Shown piece by piece: positions 9,885-18,881 of a stretch of 64,000 nucleotides of DNA (the first letter of the stretch is position 1; each line of letters starts with the position of its first letter). The stretch is taken from sequence record NC_061451.1. The stretch is one strand, 5' to 3'. Both the position numbers and the translations under genes were made by a program. Under the pieces are notes generated by a model that had not been told where the DNA came from, did not search any database, and was given only the letters and a program-made list of their open reading frames with translations.

Positions 9885-9936
9885 CACTAATCTGGCAGAA
9901 ATCGCCGTTGTGTTTAGACGCTCAACGGCATACTAT
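9885..9936 (+). promoter_or_regulatory. Bipartite phage promoter copy 2
   Basis: CACTAATCTGGCAGAAAT box; TACTAT at 9931; 32-nt spacing. Confidence 0.6.
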
Positions 9937-9985
9937 TATGTCTCTAGCGCAATGACGCGCTACAACAACGAAAGAGAGAAACAAC

Positions 9986-10240
9986 ATGAGCGAAGACGTT
10001 AAAGTAACAATCGATTTAGTAGCTGACTTTGTATCACGCACCGAAGTTGTGTTTGAAGATGGTCAATCATCTAATGACTGGCTCGCGCCGTATGATCTGC
10101 GCCTGAACGTAACTGAGCCGCAAGGGCCGAACGGCTACCCCGAAGTTGAAATCGTTGGCCAGCGCGATAACGTCTTGCGCTTCTTTGATGAGCAGATGCC
10201 TGATAGCGACATTACAGAAGACTCGCTTGAATCTGCCTAA
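9986..10240 (+). CDS. Small acidic hypothetical protein
   Basis: 84 aa ORF followed by terminator. Confidence 0.75.
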   Translation: MSEDVKVTIDLVADFVSRTEVVFEDGQSSNDWLAPYDLRLNVTEPQGPNGYPEVEIVGQRDNVLRFFDEQMPDSDITEDSLESA

Positions 10241-10255
10241 GCAACAAACAACACT

Positions 10256-10277
10256 GTGGCGTTACGGCGCCACTTTT
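10256..10277 (+). terminator. Intrinsic terminator
   Basis: GTGGCG-TTACGG-CGCCAC-TTTT. Confidence 0.7.
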
Positions 10278-10299
10278 CTATTTCTGATCTGAGGTCAAT

Positions 10300-10839
10300 A
10301 TGAAACAAAAATTCTTATTCTTGCGCATGAGCCGACACGAGCTGAATCAGCATTTGTTTTTACTTCGTGGCATGAGCCGTGAGCGTCTTGAATCATTCAC
10401 TGGCATTATCGCCGTTGTCAAAGACGATACGACGATGGCGAACATCGATGATACTGACCTGTATTATTTCAGCGAAGTAACAGCCGAAGAGACAACATCA
10501 GAGACGCAACAAACCTGGTGGAACCTGATTCATTACTACGACAATCAGATTGCTATCGGCTCACTCCCACGTATAGAGCCGCTGCTGCCTGACGATTTAG
10601 TTGAGCGCATCAAAACAACTCGCAGCAATCGCTTCTACTACGAGTTCGATACGCAAATGCCAGAAGTATTGGCCACTGTTGATCTTGACCTACACTTCTT
10701 ACCGTCTGCCGCTCAGCCTCGTGTGAAGAAGCCTAAAGAAGAACAGCCAGAAGTTAATCCCCTGGCCGCATACACAGTCGAACAACTGTGTGCCGAACTA
10801 CGTACTCGCCTGAGTGCAAAAATCACTATCGAATTTTAA
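10300..10839 (+). CDS. Hypothetical protein
   Basis: 179 aa, GAGG RBS. Confidence 0.75.
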   Translation: MKQKFLFLRMSRHELNQHLFLLRGMSRERLESFTGIIAVVKDDTTMANIDDTDLYYFSEVTAEETTSETQQTWWNLIHYYDNQIAIGSLPRIEPLLPDDLVERIKTTRSNRFYYEFDTQMPEVLATVDLDLHFLPSAAQPRVKKPKEEQPEVNPLAAYTVEQLCAELRTRLSAKITIEF

Positions 10840-10856
10840 TCAACTAGCACAGGGAC

Positions 10857-11486
10857 GTGCCTCTAACTGAGATCAAAACTATGTTCACCAAAGCATTCTT
10901 CTTCAAAACTAACTACTCTGTATTGGCCGAAGGTGAGTTCGCGCTGCCTGTTGACTCACTGACCTCTCTCGTCAACTCGCGTATTTTCATCTGCATCACA
11001 GAAGACAACCTGCGCTTCGCACTGACCAACATCACTGTGCAGCCGATTCGCAATGGCTTCTTGCGCGTTGGCTTCGAGCCGAAGACTGACGTGAATGCAA
11101 TCACTACTCCAATCATCACGCCTAAAACGATGTGGAGCGAGTATGATTTTGATGCGTGCAGTGTCGAAAACATTCCGTCATTCAATATCAGTACGCATGA
11201 AGACAAGAACAACGAACAACTGATTGCACTGTCATATGACCTTCGTATGGCTCTCATGCATTATCGTGAAGGCATGTACTGCGTGACCGACATCGTTTTG
11301 CGTCTGCATGAACACGGCATTTTCGTTGTAGATATTGATCAGAATCTCAAGGTTGCTCTCTCGCCTATCGCCGTGCTTAGCGAACGACCTACACATGCGA
11401 TTAGTCTGAGCAAAGACAACGGCGTGCTGTCCCGCATTGATGACTTCGAGCTGCCTGATCTCGCTAAACTGATCGTCCTACTGTAA
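10857..11486 (+). CDS. Hypothetical protein
   Basis: 209 aa; start may be the ATG at 10881. Confidence 0.7.
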   Translation: MPLTEIKTMFTKAFFFKTNYSVLAEGEFALPVDSLTSLVNSRIFICITEDNLRFALTNITVQPIRNGFLRVGFEPKTDVNAITTPIITPKTMWSEYDFDACSVENIPSFNISTHEDKNNEQLIALSYDLRMALMHYREGMYCVTDIVLRLHEHGIFVVDIDQNLKVALSPIAVLSERPTHAISLSKDNGVLSRIDDFELPDLAKLIVLL

Positions 11487-11498
11487 ACAAACAACTCT

Positions 11499-11522
11499 AG
11501 CCTCGCATCGTGCGGGGCTTTC
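11499..11522 (+). terminator. Intrinsic terminator
   Basis: AGCCTCGCA-TCG-TGCGGGGCT-TT. Confidence 0.6.
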
Positions 11523-11538
11523 TGCTTTGGAGAATACC

Positions 11539-11799
11539 ATGTATCAATATGACCGCGATGAATTGAATGACCTGCCGCTTGACGTGCTGCATGGCGAAGC
11601 TGAAAAGCGTGGCTTGCTCGCTGACCTGGAAGACGATGATGATTGTCCTGACCGTGCAGTGCTGGTGGGCATGATCATTGATGATCAGAACGAGCGCAAT
11701 GCCGAAAACGAAGAGGAAGAGCAGCGCCGTCAGATGCAAGATGACGCTGACGATCACCGTCGCATGTTAGACGAACGCGACGGCTCAGACGACTGCTAA
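11539..11799 (+). CDS. Small acidic protein with HEH/Rho-N-like module
   Basis: LNDLPLDVLHGEAEKRGL...DRAVLVGMIID; ATG 11539 after GGAG. Confidence 0.7.
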   Translation: MYQYDRDELNDLPLDVLHGEAEKRGLLADLEDDDDCPDRAVLVGMIIDDQNERNAENEEEEQRRQMQDDADDHRRMLDERDGSDDC

Positions 11800-11800
11800 C

Positions 11801-12139
11801 ATGCTATACTCTGGGCAGCAATACGATACACTCAGTCCTGACCAGTTGAATGAGTGTTTCAATCTGATTGAAAGTTGCATGGTGGCCTCTGGCTGTCGTG
11901 GCTTTCAAATAGTGTTATCACCATCTGGTCATGGCGATTGTCGTAGCGTCGTCCACATTCAGCACCCACAGTATGCAGGTCACATTGAGTTCCCCTCAGT
12001 TGACCGTGATACTTTTCGTGTGACTCTCGTCGCAACACGCGGTTGCTATGACAGCCGCACCGTGTTCGTACCAAATTCAGATACAGCCTATTCAGTGATA
12101 GGTCTGTATCTCTCAAACTTTATAGGGGCTACAAAATGA
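11801..12139 (+). CDS. Hypothetical protein
   Basis: Coupled ORF in gene array. Confidence 0.65.
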   Translation: MLYSGQQYDTLSPDQLNECFNLIESCMVASGCRGFQIVLSPSGHGDCRSVVHIQHPQYAGHIEFPSVDRDTFRVTLVATRGCYDSRTVFVPNSDTAYSVIGLYLSNFIGATK

Positions 12140-12480
12140 AACGCCGCATTATTCGTATCGATCAGTCAGAGTTCAACGGTGAAGCGCTTGTCTTCCCACC
12201 ATCATTCAACATCACCGGCATTGACGTTGTGGTGCTTGTGACCGTGAAGCACGAAGATTTCGGTGGCTTGAAGTTTCAAGATACCTATCGTGTGAACGAA
12301 CTACGTGTAAGCGAACATACAAATCCCCTGCGTCAGGAGATTGAGATCGTAGAGTACAGCAAACTGCCGAACGATGAAGCAATCTTCACACGACTACTCG
12401 ACGTTGATTATTTCGACGACGACATTGCAGAGCGTGACCTGCGTCTGTACGATGCACCGACCACAATCGTCACTGCGTAA
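12136..12480 (+). CDS. Hypothetical protein
   Basis: Overlapping start/stop coupling. Confidence 0.7.
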   Translation: MKRRIIRIDQSEFNGEALVFPPSFNITGIDVVVLVTVKHEDFGGLKFQDTYRVNELRVSEHTNPLRQEIEIVEYSKLPNDEAIFTRLLDVDYFDDDIAERDLRLYDAPTTIVTA

Positions 12481-12488
12481 TAATCTTT

Positions 12489-12515
12489 AGGGCTGCCATC
12501 TTGGTGGCCCTTTTT
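12489..12515 (+). terminator. Intrinsic terminator
   Basis: AGGGCTGCCA-TCT-TGGTGGCCCT-TTTT. Confidence 0.75.
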
Positions 12516-12563
12516 GTTTTCTGTAAACTACACGCACAATCCCAACAATGCGAGAACGCACAG

Positions 12564-12938
12564 ATGCCAAAGCGCCGCTTTTATTTGATGTTCTTTATCA
12601 GTCAGGCAGAACTCGACGCCAAGACTTTCTATCAACACAACATGCGCATCCTGACAACGATACGCCGCACACGCTGCATTTTCCTTGTGGTAAGAGAGAC
12701 TGGTGAAGTCTATGTGCCAGGCAGCGCCGTGTATCAGTCTGCAATCGAAGAAGATCTAACGCAGATGGTCTTTGACGATCTGCACAAGGCCACCGAGTCT
12801 GTGAATGCGGTTGAGTCCTTTGCTCAAGCCATCGCAGTAAACAAAAACGATAAGACAGTTCGCTACTGCGGCCGCAATCCAGAAGTGAGTGTCGTCTTCT
12901 TTGATCGCATGTTCACGAAAGTGGAGGTTCATCTATGA
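12564..12938 (+). CDS. Hypothetical protein
   Basis: Within listed 12501..12938; start uncertain (12564 or 12588). Confidence 0.65.
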   Translation: MPKRRFYLMFFISQAELDAKTFYQHNMRILTTIRRTRCIFLVVRETGEVYVPGSAVYQSAIEEDLTQMVFDDLHKATESVNAVESFAQAIAVNKNDKTVRYCGRNPEVSVVFFDRMFTKVEVHL

Positions 12939-13210
12939 GTTACGATCCACCAAAGCCAACTACGTCTCTTGGCGCTTCTCTTGCTTCGCGTTGTGCTCAT
13001 TCCACCAGAGAGAAAGCGAACAAGACGCGCAAGAAATACCCCGCGACAAAGACTGTGGTTGCTACACTGACAGCACCTATGCACGCTGCTGTGCAACGTC
13101 TCGCTAACAGTCGCGGCCTGTCTATTCAGAAGTGTCTGGTGCGTATGCTTGAAGCCGAGTTGGCGAAAGAGGGTATCACTTACGCTAAAGAACAGGACGA
13201 AGACGAATGA
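12935..13210 (+). CDS. Ribbon-helix-helix (CopG/Arc-like) DNA-binding protein
   Basis: KTVVATLTAPMHAAVQRLANSRGLSIQKCLVRMLE fits the RHH strand-helix-helix pattern. Confidence 0.55.
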   Translation: MSYDPPKPTTSLGASLASRCAHSTREKANKTRKKYPATKTVVATLTAPMHAAVQRLANSRGLSIQKCLVRMLEAELAKEGITYAKEQDEDE

Positions 13211-13842
13211 AACGTTTAGGTACAGTCATGGCGTTAGGTCTAAAAGACAAAGCGCCAAAGAACACTGACCTCGACATTACGCCCGTTTCGAAAGATGCAG
13301 AATGGGGCTCTTTGAGTCCCTTTCACTTGGGGCCATGTCGAAGCGCAGATGGTATTATGTTCCACAACTTCGAAAATCTCTGGCAGTATAGCAAGGTCTA
13401 CGAAGAACATTTGGAGAACACAAACCTCATCCTCGCTGGAGAGATAAACGCTGATTGGTATCAGTGGCATCTTAAAGGTGCAAGATCAAAACAGGCGCAT
13501 CGCTATCCTATGGGAAAAGGCCAGAAGGCTTTATTCTCCAAATGGGGCGACTTGCGCCTTTCGTACATTCCCGCACGTAAACAGATTTATGTTCCAGGCT
13601 ATGCCGAGCTACTTCTGCCTCAAAAGAAATTCAAACAACTCCTTAAGCAATACAAGGACGGCGCCAACATAATCGTCAGGGACTACGACACCTACGATCT
13701 GCTGAAAGCCTATCCCAATTCTAATCGCATGTGGCTTGATGCTCTCAATAACCCAAACGCCAAGTTCGGTCACAGTTTCGTGATCGCCCTTGCTCTCATA
13801 CTGCACGACAGACCTCTATGGTACAATCAATGGGTGATATAA
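13207..13842 (+). CDS. Conserved viral protein, possibly NADAR-like
   Basis: LSPFHLGP...NFENLWQYSKVY...ARKQIY...KFGH resembles the NADAR LSNF...EH.YQA.K layout; distant. Confidence 0.4.
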   Translation: MKRLGTVMALGLKDKAPKNTDLDITPVSKDAEWGSLSPFHLGPCRSADGIMFHNFENLWQYSKVYEEHLENTNLILAGEINADWYQWHLKGARSKQAHRYPMGKGQKALFSKWGDLRLSYIPARKQIYVPGYAELLLPQKKFKQLLKQYKDGANIIVRDYDTYDLLKAYPNSNRMWLDALNNPNAKFGHSFVIALALILHDRPLWYNQWVI

Positions 13843-14141
13843 TCTACGAATGGGTCCACGACCTTGAAGGTAACGAAAGTCAGAATCTGCCTATCTTGCC
13901 TCCAGACATTTATGCGTATGTGCGCGATGCCGTCACTGGCGCACGTACCCCAATCAACTTTGAAGGCCGCACCGAGTTACAGCGTCAAGACAAGAAAGTC
14001 ATAGGCGTTGTCTATTGGTCTAATCGAGCTAATCTGATTTCATGGACGGGCGTCGAGCGCTTTCGTTTTACGCTGTATGTAGTACGTGCCGCACATAAGT
14101 CAAATGAGCAACATGAGGAAGCTCAAGTCTGCACTAATTAG
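13830..14141 (+). CDS. Hypothetical protein
   Basis: ORF overlapping upstream stop. Confidence 0.6.
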   Translation: MGDIIYEWVHDLEGNESQNLPILPPDIYAYVRDAVTGARTPINFEGRTELQRQDKKVIGVVYWSNRANLISWTGVERFRFTLYVVRAAHKSNEQHEEAQVCTN

Positions 14142-14183
14142 GCTGAAATAGCTATCGCGCATAATACGCTCCTGTGCTATACT
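14131..14183 (+). promoter_or_regulatory. Bipartite phage promoter copy 3
   Basis: GCACTAATTAGGCTGAAAT; TGcTATACT, -10 at 14178; 32-nt spacing. Confidence 0.7.
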
Positions 14184-14228
14184 CATAGACGAAGCAACAC
14201 ATAATCTATTCACGCTAAGGAGCGTATT

Positions 14229-14660
14229 ATGACTATCAACAAGTTTGACTTTCAAACACTGACTACTCCAGAACAATGGTCTTCCGCTGCTTGGGGTTTC
14301 TATCGTGACTTCGCAGATCGTTTGCGTGATACTATCGGCCGCGATGATCTTTACTTCGACATTGAAGTTGATGGTGGCAGCGATAGCGACCAAGTTGCCG
14401 AAGAGATGGTCGATGATGGTGTGATTCATTTACTCATCTCGTACAAAAACGAAGATGAAGATTTCATTAACGCCAAAGGCGTCTGGCTGTTCCAAGTCAC
14501 TTACCCAACAGAAAGTGATATTGACGGTGAGTGGTCTAACCGCTTCGTGGTCGATGTGCAGACCGTTGATATGGAAATCTTAGAGCTGGTGGACTTTGAT
14601 AACGGCCACCCACGTTTGCTTGAAGATATTGCAGCGCGGGTTAATCACTGGTTAGTGTAA
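14229..14660 (+). CDS. Acidic hypothetical protein
   Basis: 143 aa, AAGGAG RBS. Confidence 0.8.
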   Translation: MTINKFDFQTLTTPEQWSSAAWGFYRDFADRLRDTIGRDDLYFDIEVDGGSDSDQVAEEMVDDGVIHLLISYKNEDEDFINAKGVWLFQVTYPTESDIDGEWSNRFVVDVQTVDMEILELVDFDNGHPRLLEDIAARVNHWLV

Positions 14661-14725
14661 TTGCTTGCGGGTCTTTTACGAAGGGCCCGTCGTCAACAAC
14701 ACAAACCTGTTCTAAGGAGAACAAC

Positions 14726-15043
14726 ATGTCATCATTAGTTAAACTGCAATTCATCTTTCCAGAACTGACCTCAGTTACTGTAACTGTTTCTGATTCTGAC
14801 ATTCCTCGCTATCTCAATATTGCAGCGGGCGCAGAAGTAACATACGAAGGCGAGACGGCGCTGGAGCGTATTACTGACGTAAACCTGCTGCGCAATCTTC
14901 TCGTGGTTGATCGTAAAATCCTAGAGATGTTGCTTGAGCGTCACAACAGCGCAAACGTTTCTAGTGAAATCGCTCACGCTGTAGACCAGATCAAGTTTGT
15001 GCCTAATCGAGGCCTAAAGTTAATCGTCAATCGTTACCGCTGA
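14726..15043 (+). CDS. Hypothetical protein, paralogue of 15108..15425
   Basis: Shared FIFPE, GETA, LL.RH and G..L....R motifs; both 105 aa. Confidence 0.8.
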   Translation: MSSLVKLQFIFPELTSVTVTVSDSDIPRYLNIAAGAEVTYEGETALERITDVNLLRNLLVVDRKILEMLLERHNSANVSSEIAHAVDQIKFVPNRGLKLIVNRYR

Positions 15044-15107
15044 GATTTGTGAAGGGCATTTGCGAGTGCTCTTTGAAAATCCTAAACCCTAAGCTGAGGA
15101 GCTTAAC
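15036..15107 (+). repeat. Duplicated intergenic element (second copy 15418-15490)
   Basis: ACCGCT.AGATTTGTGAAGGGCATT...GAGTGCTCTTTGAAAATC in both copies. Confidence 0.85.
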
Positions 15108-15425
15108 ATGTCATCATCTACTGAATTTCATTTCATCTTTCCAGAGTCAACCACTCTTATCGTTACTGTGGGTAACGGCATCGTCCCTGAGTATATGGGC
15201 ATCCCTGCTAATCAAGAAACCCACCTGACGGGTGAGACTGCATTCAACTTTATGCAGAACTCTAACATCGTGGGCGTTATGAATCGTTTTGATCAGTCGC
15301 TTCTCAATCTGCTTATTGATCGCCATGAGCAGAACGAAGAAGAGGAGAGTGCGTTGCGTCAAGCACACATGCAGAAGCACACGAAGAACTTCGGCGTGTA
15401 TCTGCTGATTAAACATCACCGCTAA
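15108..15425 (+). CDS. Hypothetical protein, paralogue of 14726..15043
   Basis: See partner; GAGGAG RBS. Confidence 0.8.
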   Translation: MSSSTEFHFIFPESTTLIVTVGNGIVPEYMGIPANQETHLTGETAFNFMQNSNIVGVMNRFDQSLLNLLIDRHEQNEEEESALRQAHMQKHTKNFGVYLLIKHHR

Positions 15426-15490
15426 GATTTGTGAAGGGCATTCGTTGCTGAGTGCTCTTTGAAAATCAACCCTGTTCTGAGGAGAACAAT

Positions 15491-15901
15491 ATGAAACATG
15501 CACAACCTGGCTCTGTATACACCCTGCGTGAAATGTTGACTGAACTGAGTCTGCGCGACACGCCGAATCTTGGCTTCACTCCTGTTTCTGTGCGCTATCC
15601 AGAAACGAAGGAGATTCGCCAGCAGACGGTTCAGGATTCGCATCTGACCGAAGAAGAAATGCTCGCTCTTCCTGGCTGGGCAGAAACGAAGTGGCGCTAC
15701 ATTCGTGAAACCCATGAGTGGATCCCTGTGTTCGTCGCTGTTGACAATGCAGAGATTGAAGCGCTGTGTGTTATCGAACCCTACACGGACCGCTACTTCC
15801 GTAATGAGGGTATCATGCACGTTTACCCACGCGGCGTTGAGCGTGCGCAGCATAAAGCGTATGACCCAGAAACGCACGGCACACTGGTTAAAGTGGCCTA
15901 A
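15491..15901 (+). CDS. Hypothetical protein
   Basis: ATG 15491 after GAGGAG. Confidence 0.8.
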   Translation: MKHAQPGSVYTLREMLTELSLRDTPNLGFTPVSVRYPETKEIRQQTVQDSHLTEEEMLALPGWAETKWRYIRETHEWIPVFVAVDNAEIEALCVIEPYTDRYFRNEGIMHVYPRGVERAQHKAYDPETHGTLVKVA

Positions 15902-15915
15902 GCACAAACTACCTC

Positions 15916-15937
15916 AAGCGGCTTACGGGCCGCTTTT
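15916..15937 (+). terminator. Intrinsic terminator
   Basis: AAGCGGCT-TACG-GGCCGCTT-TT. Confidence 0.7.
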
Positions 15938-15958
15938 CTTAAACATCAGGAGTCTATC

Positions 15959-16480
15959 ATGAAAACCACCGACGTAGTTCATATCGCTCATCACCTCATG
16001 ACCCATCTCGCATCAGCTCGTCTCATCAGTGCATTGACTTTCATCGGTCAGGACGCTGTGCGTTTCAAAGTTGGTTCGCAGACGTTTGACGTTCGTGGTC
16101 GTCACCCAAGCTTCATCGTTCATCAAGTTGAAGGTGGCTGCTTATGTGCAGACGCAGACTCTGCCGAGATCGAAGCGCAGTTGAACGGTGACCCAATATC
16201 TAGTATGCGTGATCAACTGCCTCATCCTGAGAACGTGCAATCTGCCATCATCGATCACGTCAACTCCATGCCAGACAAAGACGTGCAGAACTTTAGCGAG
16301 CATCAGGGTGGCCCAGACATGGACACGATGTTTGAGCAGCGTCTGTGGTTGAAGAACTGGTTGATTAGTCGTTCAATCGTACTCGCCGACATGCTCGACA
16401 TTGTTGCGTTTCTTGAAGGCACTGAGCGCCGTAACTCACTGGCTATGGCAATTGAACTCAACAAAGGGAAACGCGCATGA
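15959..16480 (+). CDS. Hypothetical protein
   Basis: 173 aa, AGGAG RBS. Confidence 0.75.
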   Translation: MKTTDVVHIAHHLMTHLASARLISALTFIGQDAVRFKVGSQTFDVRGRHPSFIVHQVEGGCLCADADSAEIEAQLNGDPISSMRDQLPHPENVQSAIIDHVNSMPDKDVQNFSEHQGGPDMDTMFEQRLWLKNWLISRSIVLADMLDIVAFLEGTERRNSLAMAIELNKGKRA

Positions 16481-16977
16481 ACTTTGTACGCAGACTTAAA
16501 GCAATCGACCAGTTGCCGTTAATCACTGGTCAGTATTACAATGCGCAAGCCATGGCAGAACAATCAGCATTCGGCTCGTGTGCGTTTCATATAACTGATC
16601 GTGTGGAGCTTGACGGCATCTCGATGTATATTCGTTTCCGCGCCAATCAGCAACGTCTGTGGATGCATCCTGTTTTGATACTCGCATCAATCGACATTGA
16701 ACATCAGGGCTGCGGTATCTTCACTGAACTTCTCGCAGAAGCCCAACGCGTATGTCGTGAGAACAAGTGGGTGCTGCAAATTGAGAACGTGCTTGAGCAA
16801 CGCTTCCGCCGTTTCCTGTTTGATCGTTCATTCGAAACTATCGGCGTTGATAAAGATTGTGCGCACGGTAGCATGTTCTGGTTCTTTGATGAGAAGATCA
16901 AAGAGAGCGCAACGCAGTTCCAAGCGATGGAAGAAAACATCCGAGAACGCGCCGCAGCACAGAAGGCAACAACATGA
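16477..16977 (+). CDS. GNAT-family acetyltransferase-like protein
   Basis: ILASIDIEHQGCGIFTELL resembles GNAT motif A; followed by LQIENV...FRRFL...F. Confidence 0.55.
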   Translation: MNFVRRLKAIDQLPLITGQYYNAQAMAEQSAFGSCAFHITDRVELDGISMYIRFRANQQRLWMHPVLILASIDIEHQGCGIFTELLAEAQRVCRENKWVLQIENVLEQRFRRFLFDRSFETIGVDKDCAHGSMFWFFDEKIKESATQFQAMEENIRERAAAQKATT

Positions 16978-17441
16978 ACATTCCATGGTACATGATGTTT
17001 GCCATTGGCTGTGTGCCTCTTTTCTTCTGCTATGTGACTATGCCGTGGTTTCGCGCTGCTGTCAAAAGACGGTTGCTGTTTAAACCTCGTGACTACGATT
17101 CGGTGCAGGAGATCTTAGACACAGGCATACCACCTGAGATCTCTATCGAATGCTTGCAGGCTAGCTATCGCAGCAACATGCCTGCCAAGTACGCGCAGCA
17201 CATCGACTTCTATCCGCACAAGGAAGGCATCGTGTGTTGTCGCATGAAGTACGACGAGCAATTCCCAATCGCTCGCATATTTAATGGTGTACTCGTCGCA
17301 AACATCGGACTGCTTGCTCTGCCTAGCAAGAAGATGCCGCGCATCACCATTAACTATTCCACTTATCAAGTCACGGACTTTGATAGTGATAATGAGTACC
17401 TGCACATTTATCTTCAACATAAGGAAGGCAAGCATGAATAA
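16974..17441 (+). CDS. Protein with N-terminal transmembrane segment
   Basis: Hydrophobic IPWYMMFAIGCVPLFFCYVTMPWF followed by basic residues. Confidence 0.7.
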   Translation: MNIPWYMMFAIGCVPLFFCYVTMPWFRAAVKRRLLFKPRDYDSVQEILDTGIPPEISIECLQASYRSNMPAKYAQHIDFYPHKEGIVCCRMKYDEQFPIARIFNGVLVANIGLLALPSKKMPRITINYSTYQVTDFDSDNEYLHIYLQHKEGKHE

Positions 17442-18486
17442 CGAATCTGCAATGATCGACGAAGACGTTCTCGAATGGCTCGAAGACCTGACCCGTCATA
17501 AGTTGCTGGACGTGATTGGCTTAATCAACAATCTGATTTTCGTCCATCGTCCTGTTCTCGATCTGCCGACGCTCGGTACAGACGAAGATGTAGCTGCACT
17601 GTCGCACGCTGACCTGACAACGTTGTTCCGTCTGGTTGCACCTGAATGCTCTGTTGATACAAACACGCTGAGCAATCTACAACTGCTTGGGCTTATGCTC
17701 AATCAGAAAGGCGTTGTTGTGTTCTCGCTGCCAAACAACAACAGCCCTATTCTAACTGCCCGTACGTTCAACGTGCCTAATAAGCCGCAGCGCTTGAACC
17801 CAGCCTCTTCTAAGGGTGAGATTGCTACTGCTGTTAGCGCGTGGCTGTTCGGACTGTTCCCGCTTGAGCTGCGTTCTGATCAAAACGACATGCCGCGGGA
17901 GAACGGCCTGTACCTTGCCAAAGACGAGCATGAGCAGATTCGTTTCGGGCGTTTGTTCCGTAACGGCGCAGAAGGTGATGGCTGGACTTTCTGCGAAAGC
18001 TATTCTGATGCTACAGCTACTTACTGGCATCACAGCGATTCACCTGTGGACGACGAACTGCCTATGAGTTTGCTGCATAGCTGGCTGCAAGTCTCCGCAA
18101 CAACTTCACCAAACGAAGTGCATAACGAAAACGTCAGTGTGCTGGTAACTGACTCGCAGCGCATCTTTGCTTTCCTGCGTAGCCTGAGTCAACACGTTAA
18201 AGCTGAGCTGGTGGCCAACTTTGATGGTGTGCTTAATTCAACACATACCAGTGTTGAATCCATCGGGCGTCTGACGCGTGCTGACTGGACAGCCGCTGCC
18301 GTAGCAGTAGCAGATGATAAAGACATGAAGGACGGACTTGGCTCATGGGAAGAGCACAGCGCGTGGGATTGTTTCGTGGCTACGCTACAAAGTCTACGCT
18401 TCAATTTTGATACACGGGAATTCGACCCGATGTATGACTATGGGAAACACGACAATGAGACCGATATTGATCGAGGAGACGAATAA
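17434..18486 (+). CDS. Hypothetical protein
   Basis: ATG 17434 overlaps upstream stop; within listed 17284..18486. Confidence 0.75.
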   Translation: MNNESAMIDEDVLEWLEDLTRHKLLDVIGLINNLIFVHRPVLDLPTLGTDEDVAALSHADLTTLFRLVAPECSVDTNTLSNLQLLGLMLNQKGVVVFSLPNNNSPILTARTFNVPNKPQRLNPASSKGEIATAVSAWLFGLFPLELRSDQNDMPRENGLYLAKDEHEQIRFGRLFRNGAEGDGWTFCESYSDATATYWHHSDSPVDDELPMSLLHSWLQVSATTSPNEVHNENVSVLVTDSQRIFAFLRSLSQHVKAELVANFDGVLNSTHTSVESIGRLTRADWTAAAVAVADDKDMKDGLGSWEEHSAWDCFVATLQSLRFNFDTREFDPMYDYGKHDNETDIDRGDE

Positions 18487-18493
18487 ACTAAGG

Positions 18494-18673
18494 ATGGCCT
18501 ACGCACTGACTGCAATATTTCTATCTTGGCTTGAGCTGAGCATTGCAGTTCGGTATCTCGACTATACACAGATTTTTGATGCGCTGATCATTCTGGTTAG
18601 CGGTGTGAATCTGGTGATTGCTTTTATCTCGTCACTTGATGAGGTAGACCATATCTTTTCGTGGGAAGATTAA
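18494..18673 (+). CDS. Small membrane protein
   Basis: Two hydrophobic stretches; AAGG RBS. Confidence 0.6.
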   Translation: MAYALTAIFLSWLELSIAVRYLDYTQIFDALIILVSGVNLVIAFISSLDEVDHIFSWED

Positions 18674-18674
18674 A

Positions 18675-18881
18675 ATGAAAGACATTGTGCTACACACAGC
18701 CCTTTTATTGACCATGATCGTTGTTAGCTTTTTGACTCTCCACTACATTCGCTTCCTGAGTCTGGGCTACTATATGCTGATCACTATGACAGCATTCGTA
18801 CTGGCAGTCTATGCGTGCAAACGTCTCGCATCTGTCGTATCTAAAAATCGTTTTAACAAAGTGAGAATCAATCGTGGCTAA
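18675..18881 (+). CDS. Small membrane protein (2 TM, basic C-tail)
   Basis: Two hydrophobic helices then KRLASVVSKNRFNK. Confidence 0.65.
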   Translation: MKDIVLHTALLLTMIVVSFLTLHYIRFLSLGYYMLITMTAFVLAVYACKRLASVVSKNRFNKVRINRG

